From Chrysemys picta bellii (Eukaryota): 64,000 nucleotides of DNA. The first letter of the stretch is position 1. Each line of letters starts with the position of its first letter. The translations under genes were made by a program, and so were the position numbers. Under the pieces are notes generated by a model. It did not search any database. It saw nothing but the letters and a program-made list of their open reading frames with translations, and had not been told where the DNA came from. The DNA is taken from positions 1,488,001-1,552,000 of the forward strand of contig NC_088809.1 of the NCBI RefSeq assembly GCF_011386835.1, read 5' to 3'. Shown here one piece after another: positions 42,573-55,049 of this stretch.

Positions 42573-45500
42573 ATGGACCTGCGGCGTGTTCCCGCCAGCC
42601 GAGAGACGGGATGGTACTTAGCGCTCATGGCTCCGAATGTCAAGGGCCCCAGTTACGCTTGGCTTGACCCCTCCAGGCTGTACTGTCACCGGCAGGTAGG
42701 GCCCCCCACCCCTACCCCCAGTAAGGAAGGGGGCTGCACGTGGCGAGCTTTCTAGCTGCAGGGTTTCTGGGCCCAGGGGTGTGTAGCCGGGGGTGCGGGG
42801 GGGTGGTTAAAGGCCCTGCCTGTTTCCTGGGGAAGAGGAGAGCCAGGAGGGTCACCCGCCCTAGCTAGCCACGCCCCAGCCCCGCGGTGATGGGCACAGC
42901 TGGCCAGGTGAGTGAGCAGGGCCTGCCTGGCACCAGTCTCTGCCAGGCATCCCATGGTGCTGGGCTGGTGGGTTAGTGAGGGGGAGGATGGGCCCCAATC
43001 CCTGGGCATGGAGACCCGGGACACGATGGGCTGCAGCCTCGGACACCTGGGCATGGAAGGCAGCCTAGGGCTCTGCCTTACTGACCCTGCTCCCAGGGCG
43101 TCGCTGGCCGGGCACCTGCTGGCTCTGAGCCGATCAGGGGGACGCAGGCATTACCTGGGCGCTGCCTGGCAGATTGGCTCCCACTGAGCAGAGCAGGAGG
43201 GGACTGGCTGCCTAGCTCTCCCGGCCATGCTGCCTGAGGGGGCTGGCTCGGTGCCAACGCAGGGGCCAGCGGCGTCCCTTCAGAGGGCCTGGGTCCCATG
43301 CCCAGCCACCTAGCGATGAAGTGAGCACCGTCCAGTTAGTGCTGGCATCTCTGCTCCAGACTGGGCGGGCGGGCGGCACCCTCAGCAGCTCTGCCGTCTC
43401 CCCAGGGCCTGCAGGACTGCATTGCGGACCTGCTCCAGCCCTTCTGCGAAGACCCCATCGACCTGGTCGCGGGAATCGACGCCATGGGCTTCATCCTAGG
43501 TAACCCGCCGGCCTCTCCCGGGTGTCTCCTCCCTCGGGGCTAGGGATGGGAGTGTGTGCTGGGGTGAGGGCACCACCTGACCTCCAGTGAACAAAGGGTT
43601 CACCTGGGCGCTGGCCTGCCCTCTCCTTGCTGGGGCGCTCGGGGCAGAGTCTTTTCCCTGTGCTAGCTGGTTACAAGCTCCATTGGCCCCTCCAGGGCTG
43701 TGCCCCATCTCCCAGGGCATCGGTGCCCATTCACTCCTCTGCTTGCCCTTGTGCCAGGCGCTGCCGTAGCCAGCACCCTGCAGAAAGGCTTCCTGGCCAT
43801 CCGCAAAGCCGGACACCTCTGTGTGGAGACCTGCACGCAGCCCTACACCGACTACTCGGCCCGCCAGAAGCTGCTGGAGATGAGGACGGACGCCATCCAG
43901 CCAGGTGAGAGCTGCGGCAGGCACGGCCAGCAGCCCCCGGGCTCTGGTGCCTGGCTACTGCCCTCGGGCGCTGCCACCCATCTTCTGTCCTGTGGGAAGG
44001 GCCCTCCCCTCGAACTCACCTAAGCATGGGCCCAGCACCCCCTCTACGCCTCACCTGCTCCAGGTGCCTAGCTCCATGGCAGAGCTCCCAGAGAGCAGCA
44101 GAGCACCTCCCTGGCATCCCACGGGCACCGTTACTGCCTGTCTGAGGGCTCTGCCCCAGCCCGAGTCTGTCTGTTGGGCTGCAGGTAACGGCATCAAGGC
44201 GCCAGCAGAGGGAGGGGTCTGTGGGGAGAAACCCACCTAACCGAGCCCTTGCACCCCAGGTCTGCGTGTCTTACTGGTGGACCAGTGGATTGAAACGGGG
44301 GGAACCATGCGCGCTGCCATCCAGCTGGTGGAGCAGCAAGGGGGAGTGATTGCAGGTAGGGGGCAGCATGATGCATGGGGCGGGGGGCTGGCCAAAGGGC
44401 TGTGATCACGCCCAGCCTGGACCCTGGCGGGGCAGGAAACAGAGCCACCTGGACAAGGCGATCGCTGGGCGTGGGAAATGTTGGAAGAGTCTCAGGTTTT
44501 TCCTTAACCAACATTTCCCCTGAGAAGTTTCCAACCCAAACCCCAGAATGTTGGACTGAAATGTTTGAAATCTCCGTGTTGGTGATGAAAACCAGAAACC
44601 TTTTCACAACTGAAACGTCCCCAGCACTGGGCCAGCCATTGTGTCATTAAACCCCTCATCTGGGTTCACACAGTGGAGCGGGTGTAGAGGTCTCCACAGT
44701 GCTGCGGGGGCACCCACCTGGGTGGGGCAGACTTGAGAAGGGCATGAGCCCCCTCCCCCATTATCACACAGGCCCCTCTCAGAGGGTAGCTGGCCCTCTG
44801 AAGGAGTCAGGGCCACCTGCCTCTGACAGGCTCCACACGGGGTAACGAGGCAACTCAGGTTCACCTGGGACTAGGGGAACTCCTGGAGGTGCTGGGACGG
44901 GAGGCCGTTAATTAGGCAGGGAAACACCTGGGCAAGCTAAAAAGGAGGCTCTGGGCCATGTGGGACAGAGGAGAGAGGCTCTGGGCGAGAGGCCCAGTTC
45001 CCAGAATAAGAGAGCTCCCACGGGGAGGGCGTCAGGAGGAAGCTGGTGATGGGGCTCACCCAGAAGGGAAATTGAGGAAGAGCGGGCCTGGTGGGAGAGG
45101 CTTTGAAAGGGAGGTGCTACGAATGCCACAGCTCAGCAGACCCTAGCCCATGCAAGGACTTCAGCCGGTAGCAGCAGAAGCCCCAGAGCACAGGAATTAC
45201 TGTCTCGAGGCAGGATCGTTGTGGTTTGTCCCCTGTGCGGACCCTTCCCCTAGCTGATGACAAGCCCTGGCTCCGGAAGCGGGGTCTGGGTCAAGAGAGC
45301 CTTGCTGGGGAGGGATCTGGATGGACATAAGTGGGGCTGATGGACTAAGATTACCTCTGCCCCCCACGGCTTCACCTCCTGGGTCTCCCCCCATAATGCA
45401 ACTGGTCACTCATGCAGTGTTGGGCCCGGGCTGTCTCCTGGGGCGAGAGCACAGGCTGGCGTGCGTCATTGACAGCGCTGGTTAGTTCTTGCCATGTGGG

Positions 45501-45873
45501 GGCTGCTGCCCATCCTTGGCAGTGCCCAGCAGAGGGTGGCACCCCCCCCACAGCGACTGGCACGGGGAGTGTGGACGCAGCTGTGCCAACAGCAATGCAG
45601 CCTTCCCGCCACGGCCCCTCCCCAGGCACTGCCCAGCTCAGCCAGCACTGAGCTCGAGGGCCTCTGGTTGTCCGGTCCCCGCCGTAACCCCCCCACTCTA
45701 CTCCCTGTCGCACAGGCATCGCTGCCATCTGCATCGAGGACAGTGAGGGAGGCAAGTGGATCCAGGAGCATTACAAGTGTTCACAGTGTGTCCCCCAGCA
45801 CCTGATGCCCCAATTCAACAGGCACCAGCTGGAGTCCTTCCAGGCCTTTGGGGCCACGCCTGGCCAGGCATAA
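42573..45873 (+). CDS. Adenine phosphoribosyltransferase-like type I PRTase, 205 aa (a paralogue, not canonical APRT)
   Basis: Exons 42573-42695, 43406-43499, 43758-43904, 44260-44355 and 45716-45873 (618 nt, GT-AG, in frame, TAA). Protein: MDLRRVPASRETGWYLALMAPNVKGPSYAWLDPSRLYCHRQGLQDCIADLLQPFCEDPIDLVAGIDAMGFILGAAVASTLQKGFLAIRKAGHLCVETCTQPYTDYSARQKLLEMRTDAIQPGLRVLLVDQWIETGGTMRAAIQLVEQQGGVIAGIAAICIEDSEGGKWIQEHYKCSQCVPQHLMPQFNRHQLESFQAFGATPGQA. It carries APRT-family motifs VAGIDAMGFILG, GFLAIRKAG and the PRPP loop VLLVDQWIETGGT. Confidence 0.92.
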
Positions 45874-46613
45874 TTAATGGGATCTCCTGCCCTGCAGCTG
45901 AGCCTTGCACCAAGGTGCCCTGGACCACCTGCTCCATGGCCCGTGGGTTGTCCCTGCTCCCAGAGGCCGGAAGGGAGGGGTCACAGCTTCCAGAAGAGCT
46001 GCTTCCCCTCCCCCACCCCAGTCTAATCCAATTAAGCCATGTAACCCTTACTAATCACAGATGCCCTCCTGCGCCCTCCAGAATGGCTGCATCACGTGGG
46101 CAGGGACAGTGCTCAGACACCAGCTGCGCCCCTGCGTCTGGGGAGCAATCTCACCACTTGCTGCTGCGTATCAAACCTGCCCCACGCCGGCCCCCACCTC
46201 TGCCAACACCCCCACCCAGCTGCTGCCCTGGGGAGCCCTAGGTCGCCTCCCTGAAGTCTGTTACTCCCTGAGAGCAGAAGGAAATCTTGGTCTGGGCATG
46301 GCCCAGCTCCCTGCTGGCAGCGCCCCCAGCGTCTGTCTGAAATCAGGCACGCTGCTCCTTCTTCCTCTGGCTGGCTGGGCGCTCAGCTGCTGTGCGGTCA
46401 GTGTGCCGGGGGGATGGGGCTGCAGCCCCAAGCTGCTTCCTCCTTGTTCGGATGCCCCTCACACCGGCCCCCCGCCCCCCAGCAGCTCCCACCCTGCCGA
46501 GGCTTCACAGAATGCTTCGCACCCTCGCTCCCAGGGGAAATCCGGCCAGCACTGCTCCCCACACCCCCAATCACTGGGTATTTTATTTTTTTTAAAAAGC
46601 GTAGAAATTCGGC

Positions 46614-46619
46614 TTTATT
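46614..46619 (-). promoter_or_regulatory. Candidate RAB34 polyadenylation signal
   Basis: TTTATT on + (AATAAA on -), about 690 nt after the RAB34 stop; a second one is at 46582-46587. Confidence 0.5.
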
Positions 46620-47308
46620 CCATAGCGTCAGCGCCTGATTACACACTGATTTGCATAGTTAACAAGCTTGTGCAGTCTCTTCCCTTTCTCTGCAGGCAGC
46701 AGGGTCTCGGTAGGCGGAAGTGGGGCAAGTCCCAGGCTACTGCTCCAGCTGCTTCCTGACTCTTGTTGCGGTAGGTGGGCAGGACGGCTCCTGGCAGCAT
46801 TAACACCACCGGAGCGAAACCAGGGCAGCGCCCTGCCCAGCCAGCACCAGCCACAAGGCCAGCAGGGGACAGGGCCGGGGCACGCAGAGACCACGCTCTG
46901 CCCTAGCCCGGGAGGGAGGGAGCGAGGGGGGATTCCTGACCCAGCTAGGAGGGGGCACTGCAGGGCACAGAACGAGGGATGCTCAACTGCCTCCATCGCC
47001 CACCCGGCCGGTCAAGGCAAGGAGCGGTGCCGGCAGCTCTTCCAAACGCCTGGCTGCTGCCTATGCTTCAGCCCAGCCCCATGCCAGGAGCCGGAGCCAG
47101 GCCGTGGTTCCCAGCTGCCCCGGCCCAGGGCGCAGAGGGAAGGAATAGTTCTGGGTGAGCGGCGGGGGCAGGAGCTGAGCCGGGGGGAGGGATCTGCGCT
47201 GAGCAGGCACCAGCCCCCGCAGGCCCACAGCTGGGATCCGCCAGCAGCTCTTTGGTCGCGAAGAGAGTTCAGTGCACGCAGCGGGGCGGGGCTGGCGTCC
47301 GTCCCCCG

Positions 47309-50300
47309 TCAGCGGCAGCACTTGGATTTCTTCCTCTGCGCCGTCAGGTACAGGTCGCTGTCCGTGCTGTGAATCCCTAGGAAAGCAGCACACGTGGGAT
47401 CCCGGGAAGTACAGTGAGCGCCCCAGCCCCCTCCAGTGCCACAGAGACCTTCGCCCGGGCTGCCAGCTCCAAGCCTGCCGGGGTCGGGAGTGCCACCAGC
47501 TGTTCCCAGCTGCCCACTTGCAGCTCCCGTGGGAAGCTGGCTGCGGTTCTCAGCTCAAGCCTAGGGGCCGGGGCTGCGCTCTCCCCCAGAGCCGGAGGGT
47601 CCCCCTAGGGCAGCACCAGGCGGGTTGCAGGGCGTGGGGAGGAGCCTGGCCCTGCCCCTGCTCTTGGTTACCTAGCGGAGCCAGCCCAGCGCTAGATGCC
47701 CCCGGGCGTCAGCTCAATGTACAGTGGTGGTGCTAGCTGGGATCCCAGCGGCCGCGAGGTGGATACTCACGCACGACGTCCCCGATCTTCCTGGCGCTGC
47801 TCTTCTCCAGCTCGGCCAGCACGCTGCTCTCGAAGGTCAGCGAGGCCACGCGGAAAAAAAACTCCCTCACGTTCTCCCCTGCCCAGAGAGTCGACAGTGA
47901 CCCCTCCGTCCCTGGCTCCCAGCCCCAGGGATGTGCCAGTGCTGGGACCGTACTCTGGGGTACACCGAGCCGTGGGCAGCTGCGTGGTCACCGCCTGCCA
48001 GCAGTGAGCCGTGCCCAGGGCGATGCCCACAGAGGGGCAGAGGGCGCTCGGTGTCTGAGGCTGGCACAGGCACGAGTGTGCTGAGGGGAGGTCTGGGGGC
48101 AGGAATGCAGAGCGTGGGGGTGGGGGGCAAAGGTGGGGGTGGTCAGACCCCTCAACAGTGATGCCAGCTGGGAAAACTGGGCTATGCTTCAGCCCTGGGG
48201 GCACCAGGCCTCCACTCTAGGGGGCCGAGAGAGGCAGCAGCCAGGGGCACCTCTCCCCTCTGACCCCCCCTCATCACAGCCTGCCCCGGCACTCACCGGT
48301 GAGCGAGGAGACAGCCCAGTACTCCGCCCGCATCTCCTTGGCCACCTTGATGGCGTCTCTCTCCAGGAGGCTGTACTGTGCAGGCAGCTGCGGGAGGAGA
48401 CAGGAGGTCACCGCCTGAGCCCTGGGACCAGCCCCATGGCAGGAGTGCTGGGGGGACGGCTCCTGGGGGCTGGCTGGGACAGACAGGGGGATGGAAGGCA
48501 GCTCCATGGCCTAGATCGACCCCAGGGCTCTGTCCTAGGGAGTTTGCTGAGTCGAGCCCCCCAGGACAATGAGGGGTGGCCCCAGGCTCTCCCCGGCAAG
48601 CACCATTCAGCTTGGGGGGGCTGGGACCCACACTCACACTCAGATCCTTCTTCGAGCCCACCAGGAAGAGGATCACGTTGGAGGGGTCATTCTCCTTCAG
48701 GGCGTCGGCCAGCCACTGCCTGGAGGGCGAGAGAGGCCATTAGCCGGGGAGGCAGGCGGGGCCCTGGGCTCTGAGACTTTGCCCACTCAGCCTGGCCCTA
48801 GGGATGGCAGCAAACAGCCCCCCAGCTCAGCCCTACCCCCGGCCCCCCACCTTCAGCCCCCGCATGGCCCAGTGCCTGCACCCAACCCCCACACCCTGAC
48901 CTACAGCCTGGTCCCCTTACGCCTCGAGTCCCCCACCCCAGGCCCCAGCCCCCTGCGCCTCCCCCAGGTCCCAGCCCCCTGCGCCCCCCCAGGCAGACCT
49001 CTAGAAATCCTCACTTGTCAGTTACAAACCCTGCTCCCCCCCCTGCCCTCTGGCTCTACTGGCTGCCATCTTCCCTCCCCTCTGCCCAGACCCTCTTGGC
49101 TGCCATTGCCCTGAGCGCCCCCCCCCCCCGCTCGCTGCCCCTCCCCACCCTACACTGCCATCACCCCTGCCCCCGGCAACCAACCCCGCTCCCTGCAAGA
49201 AGAGTCCCTTCGCCCTCTGAGCTGGCGTTACCGTACCTGGTGTGCGCTAGAGACGCCACGTCGTTCACGTCGAACACAATCACTATCGCTGGGGGGAGAG
49301 CGAGAGGAGGTGAGAGACGGGGGGCTGGGGGGACCCAACACAGGGCTGAGAGGGACCCCACAAACCCTGTGTGCTTGTTATCGAGAGCACCAGCCTGTGC
49401 TTGGCGTAGGGCCGATAGTTCGCACTGGGCCTGCAGGGGCCAGATTGTTATGGAAGGGCCACGTGTTTGTTATGGTAGGGTTGCCGGCAGGGCGCTGTGT
49501 TTGTGATTTTAGGGTTTATTGCAGCAGGCTGCTCATTAGGACTGGGGTACAAGCTCTTGGCGCCCCGCACACTCCTGGACCCTGGCCCTCACCTTGTGCT
49601 CCGCGGTAGTAGGTGGATGCGATGCACTTGAACCTCTCCTGGCCGGCCGTGTCCCACCTGGGGAGAGGGGCAGCGGGTTAGCTGTGGCTGTGACGGGAGG
49701 GCCGAGAGGCTGGGCTGAGCCGGTACTCACAGCTGTAAGCTGAAGGGGACGCCGAGCACCTCAAAGCGCTCCATCTCGAAGTCCACCCCGATGGTCGCCT
49801 TGTAGTTCTTATCGAATGTGTCCTTGCAGAACCTGCGGGGGAGACCCAGCCGGTGGAGCTGGGGGGTCAGCATACAAAGGGCCGGCCCCCTGGGGCTTCC
49901 TGCCAGGGACCCAGGGACCCACCACTGAAATGCAACCCCCTCTTGGGTGCGACACAGCAGCTGGGTACCAGCTGCTCCCCAGTGAGATACCACTGGGAGA
50001 GGACGTGAAGGAACAGTCTGTGTCTAGCTAACTGCCAAGGGAGGACTCGGGGAGCCAGTGTCCTAAGCAGCCCACGATGGGGTATTAGTTCTGTCCTGAC
50101 AGGGGAAAACTGCTCAACCGACTCACCTGGATTCTCCTGGGACTCTCCCATCCAAGCAATAAACAGGCCGAGCTCTACGGAGCTGACAAGCCCGGAGCCT
50201 CAGGGGGCCAGACCCTGATCCTGCTCTTGGACAAGTCGACACGTTCCCGGGCAAACCTCCCCGAAAAGCCCCCCTAAAGCAGCGCCAGAAGCAAACGGGA

Positions 50301-53300
50301 AGTGGGGACACCCCATAGCACCGACTCGGGGGCTGGGGGGTCAGCCTGGGGATCAGGGGTGTCTGGAACAGTCTAGGCCACTGGCTGACTCCCCATAGCC
50401 CCGGAGAGCAGGGACCGCGTCTCCTGTGTGTCTGCGCAGTGCCTTGCACAGTGGGGCCTGGCCCTGAGATAATAAACGACACTTCCCCCCTCCCAGAGAG
50501 GGGCCTTTCCCCCTTCCTGGGGCCCTGGCAGCGCAGTCCCGCCCACCCCCAGGCAGCCCCACCTACCGGTTGATTAAGCAGGTCTTGCCCACTGACAGGT
50601 CTCCCACCACGATGATCTTGGAGATCTTAAACCTGCTGGGGAGAGCCGGGCACGTCGCTGTCAGCTGTGAGCTCCCGTCCCCCACCCAGGATGGGCAGCG
50701 CCAGCTCCCACAGCTGGTGGCCGGGCCAGCAGCCTCCCCCCCAAGGGGCCATGGGACGGTTTGGTGTCTCCAGTGCTTGCACTCGCTGCCATGCTGAGCG
50801 GGTGCTCCCAGGGCTCCCTGCCCATTCCCAGTGCACGCCAGCTTCCACTGGGGTACTGAGTAATCGCCGGAGCAGCTGTCTCCTGGTAACCTCAGACACC
50901 CAGGCAGGCTCCTCCATCTGCTCAGGAAGCTAACGAGTCCAGGCAATTAGCCTCCCCTCCTCCAGGTGTTTGTCAAAAGCAGCCTGCTCGGAAACCTCAA
51001 CCTCACCTTCCCCCCGCGCACCCCGTCCTGCTGCTCCCCCCGTGCACCCCATTTCTCCCCCCGCGCACCCCGCCCCGCTGCTCCCCCCACGCCCCATCCT
51101 GCTGCTCCCCCCACACACCCCATTTCTCCCCCCATGCACCCTGTCCCACTGCTCTCCCCATGCACCCCGTCCCACTGTTCCCCCTGCACACCCCGTCCCA
51201 CTGTTCCCCCCTGCGCACCCCATTTCTCCCCCCGCACACCCTGTCCCGCTGCTCCCCCCATGCACCCCGTCCTGCTGCTCCCCCCACGCACCCCATTTCT
51301 TCCCCCAGGCACCCCATTCCGCTGCTCCCCCCACGCACCTCACCCTGCTGCTCCCCCCATGCACCCTGCGCCACTGCTCCCCCCACGCACCCTGTCCCGC
51401 TGCTCCCCCCATGCATCCCATTTCTCCCCCCGCGCACCCTATCCCGCTGCTCCCCCCATGCACCCCATTTCTCCCCCCGCGCACCCTATCCTGCTGCTCC
51501 CCCATTCACCCCATTTCTCCCCCCATGCACCCTGTCCCACTGCTCCCCCCATGCACCCCATTTCTCCCCCCGCGCACCCTATCCTGCTGCTCCCCCATTC
51601 ACCCCATTTCTCCCCCCATGCACCCTATTCCGCTGCTCCCCCCATGCACCCTGTCCCGCTGCTCCCCCCGCGCACACCGTCCTGCTGCTCCCCCACGCAC
51701 CCCATCTCTCCCCCATGCACCCCGCCCCGCTGCTCCCCCTGCATACACTGCCCCGCTGCTCCCCCCATGCACCCCACCCCATAGCCCTTTTGCTTTTACA
51801 GATCTGGACATTGGACCTGGCTGCAGCTTCCCCCAGACTCCATCCAACAGGGAGGCCAGACAATGCGGATGACCCGCAGGCGGTTTCCAGGCTCCCGACC
51901 CCCTTGCCCACGGCAGGCAGGCCAGGCACTTTGTAAAGGGACTTTAGGGAGACTCCGAGTCGAGTCCTGGGGCAGCAGCAATGTGGAGCAGCCCCCGGTC
52001 ACAGAGTGGGGACCAGCACCGCGATGCTGGGGAGCTGGCAGGGCGACCAGCCCCAGGCTCAGACGGTGCCGGTTTCCCTGAGCGCTGTACTGGGGAGCCA
52101 GCGCACGGCATCTCCCACTGAGCCCCCCAGTCACCTCCAGCAGCAAGTCCGAGGGTTGCCCTGCTCTGGGCTCCTCCTCCCAGCTGCTCACTGCCACAGG
52201 CTTGGGCACAGGCCTTCCCGCTCCCTCCCAGCACGCAGCTCTGAGCCGGGCAGGGCTGGGGTTCCCCTCGGCTGCTGAGCCAGAGGGAGGCAAGGATGCA
52301 CCTAGCTCCCTCTGCCTTGCTCTTCTGGCTCCTGGGGGATTTCAGGCCAACCCTTCTCATTAACCCAAGGCAGGACCCCCACCTCCTCCCCTTCCCCTCC
52401 CCAGCACATTCCTGCAATGTGAGTAAGCTCCAGACATGCCCCAGCACGCAGGGCTCTTAAAGAGACACTGCTCAGCCCTCCCCGGCTGCTGGGAAAAACC
52501 AAAGCAGCCTGATTGGGTTCCATTCCATTCCGAAAACTGGCCCTGGCACCAAACCGGGCTCGGGCCTGGGCTGGCTCAGGGCAGTCGTGATGAGGTCCCC
52601 AGGATCCGGGGCATGCTGCTGCCTGCCGGGAGCTCCTTAAAGGGCTCTGTCCCTTCCCTTGGGAGGCGGGAGTTCCCCGGGGCCCAGCACGGCTTACCCC
52701 ACTGTCCCCGTTCGCTGCTCCTGGCAGGCGCCGCTTACTTGGGGATGAAAGCTGGAGCGCGAATGGAGGGCGGCCTCTTTGTGAAAGCACTGAAATGGGA
52801 GCACAGACAGTGAGCTGGCAGCTCCTGGGAAGTCGGCAGTGCCCGCTAACGGCTCCCCCAAAGAGAGCGCGAGCGGGAATGCCCCCGGAGCCTGCCCAGA
52901 ACAGCCAGCCACATACCCTGCAACACCCAGCCCGGAGCCTGCCCAGAACAGCCAGCCACATACGCTGCGACACCCAGCGCCCTGCGGCTCTCCCTAGCTC
53001 GGCTGGCTGAGAGGGGATGGACAGCCTGTGGCAGGGACCACACACGGAGCAGTCCCAGCTGAGGGGGAGGGGTGGGGAGCTGCCACCACGTCAGCCAGAC
53101 GGAGGACAAGCTGGGGAGAACCCGCTCAGCACCCCCAACAATCCCCCCGGCTCGCGCTTCACAGGTGCAGCAGAACCCGGAGAGCTTGGCTCCTTCCCTG
53201 GCTCTGATACTCTTCTTCCCTTGGGCCCGCGCGGGTATCCATCACCCTCCCCTAGCCCCGCCTCGAAGCACTGGCCTGCTTACCTGAGGCAGCTCCGCAA

Positions 53301-53340
53301 TGATCCGGTCCCTCCGGACTGGTGCTAGCACACTCATCAT
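47309..53340 (-). CDS. RAB34: Ras-related protein Rab-34, 260 aa
   Basis: Exons 53340-53284, 52789-52698, 50632-50567, 49832-49731, 49657-49593, 49288-49237, 48719-48638, 48387-48297, 47878-47771 and 47376-47309 (783 nt, in frame). [19 protein letters not shown]; G1 GDLSVGKT; TIGVDF; WDTAGQERF; the RAB34/36-type VGSKKDL; C-terminal KCCR*. Confidence 0.97.
51009..51780. repeat. C-rich degenerate minisatellite in a RAB34 intron
   Basis: Alternating subunits of about 16-17 bp: TGCTCCCCCCATGCACCC, CATTTCTCCCCCCGCGCACCC and TGTCCCGC. Confidence 0.92.
52884..52977. repeat. 47-bp tandem duplication
   Basis: CCCGGAGCCTGCCCAGAACAGCCAGCCACATAC(C/G)CTGC(A/G)ACACCCAG, two copies. Confidence 0.85.
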
Positions 53341-54873
53341 TTGGAGCCCGACTTCGCTGGGGAGAACCCAGGCACCCAAACTAGCGGGGGAGAAGCCTCC
53401 CCGTTTGCTGACTGCAGATTTGAAGCACGTCCTGCAGGATTACAGCACAACGGGCGGGGAGAGGGGAGCTGCAGTCTCTGCTTTGCAGCTGGCAGCAAGT
53501 CCCCCAAGCCTGGCACTGCTGGGGCTGGTGTTCTGACCCTTCTCCTCGCCATGGGCAGAGCCAACACATTCAGGGCAGCCCAACCACAGCCAACTTGCCA
53601 GAAGTGCAGCACGGAGTGGAGCAGATTGCAGCTGCCCTCCTATTTCCGGCAGAGGCGTGAGCAATGGAGAGCAGCGTGGCGTGGGGATCGCTGGAGCAGT
53701 GCACCCTGCGATCTCCGAGGGCGGCTGCAGGCTGCATGGCCAGTTCCATGGCTTGCACGTGGTCTCTAGCAGCAGCACGCTGGCCACCCTGTAGCCCTGG
53801 CTCTGGGCCGGTTTCTTTGCTATTCAGTGTGGAGACCCTAGAGCACCACGGTGTGTCTGGGGGTCGCTGTGCAGCATTGGCCAGTTCTGGCCAATCCGTG
53901 CCAGGCTATGGGGATACCCACGGGGGAAGAAAGTGCCCGAGCCGGTGGCAGGTGATAGCTGTGAACCTTGGCCTGAAGGGCAGGGAGCCTGGCCTACTCC
54001 AACGCTCTGTTGAAGGAAATCTTCCTGGCTGATCCAAGGCACCACAGTGAGACATCAGGCTGGTGGGAAAGGGCCATACCGGGAGTGGCTCCCAGAGCCT
54101 CTGCACGGACCCTGCATTCCTGCCTGTGCCTCTGGTACTGAAGGGCCTTTCCTAGCACTCTGTGTTACATTTGAGGTTTGCTGTTGGCCCAGCAGCTGCC
54201 TAGCACCTGGGGAGATTTCATCTGGTACATGTGGTACAGAGAAGGACTTCAAAGCCATTTCCCTGGCTCCACAGACACAGCTCCTACTCTGGGCTCCGTG
54301 GCTACCTGCAGGGGTCCCTGGGCCAGCAGAGCGGGTTGCTGACCGCATGGCTCGTTGGACAGCACCCAAGGCAGAGCTCTCCTGCAGCTCCATCCTGGGA
54401 GTTTGCTCTCCAGCCAACGCGCCTTGTCCGCTTTCTGGAGCACGACAATCACTTGCTATTTCACTCCGGGCGGCGCAGTGCTGCCTGGAGAGAGGCCAGG
54501 ATAAATGGCTGGCTGGGGCCACCAAGAAGCCAGTCCGGGTTGTAATCACAGCAGCTACTTTCTTTGGTCTGGTTTCTCCTTTGGATCCATGTCGAGGGGC
54601 GTGCTAGAGAGAGGTGCAGCCGACCCTCGGCCTCACCAGGGAAGCCCCACAAGCTAGAAGGGTCTTGGCTCCCGAGCGGGCTGCAGACAAGCTGACGTGC
54701 GGGGCTCCACCTCTGCCCAGCTGGACTGGCACGGTTCTCAGGGCCAGACTGAGCTAGGCACCAGCTTGGCAGGGCCTGGGCTACCCCCACCCCCGCCGGG
54801 CACTGTCTAGTCTACACTGGCTACCGCGGAGGGTCCTCGGGCTGGAGCTTCCCCGAACCCAGCACCCTGCAGT

Positions 54874-55036
54874 CAGGGCTGCCCAGAGGATTCAGGGGGC
54901 CTGGAGCAAAGCAATTTCGGGGGCTCTTTCCATAAAAAAAAGTTGCAATACTGTAGAATACTATATTCGCGTGGGGGCTCCTGTGGGGCCTGGGGCAAAT
55001 TGCCCCACTCCCCCCCCCCCCCCCCCCGCAACCCTG
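54874..55036. mobile_element. hAT MITE (163 bp)
   Basis: CAGGGCTGCC ... GCAACCCTG termini flanked by the direct repeat CCCTGCAGT (54865-54873 and 55037-55045). Confidence 0.7.
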
Positions 55037-55049
55037 CCCTGCAGTAACT

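Noticed and set aside
50930-51936. Pro/His-rich ORFs of 120-300 aa on both strands
   Set aside because: They are translations of the intronic RAB34 minisatellite.
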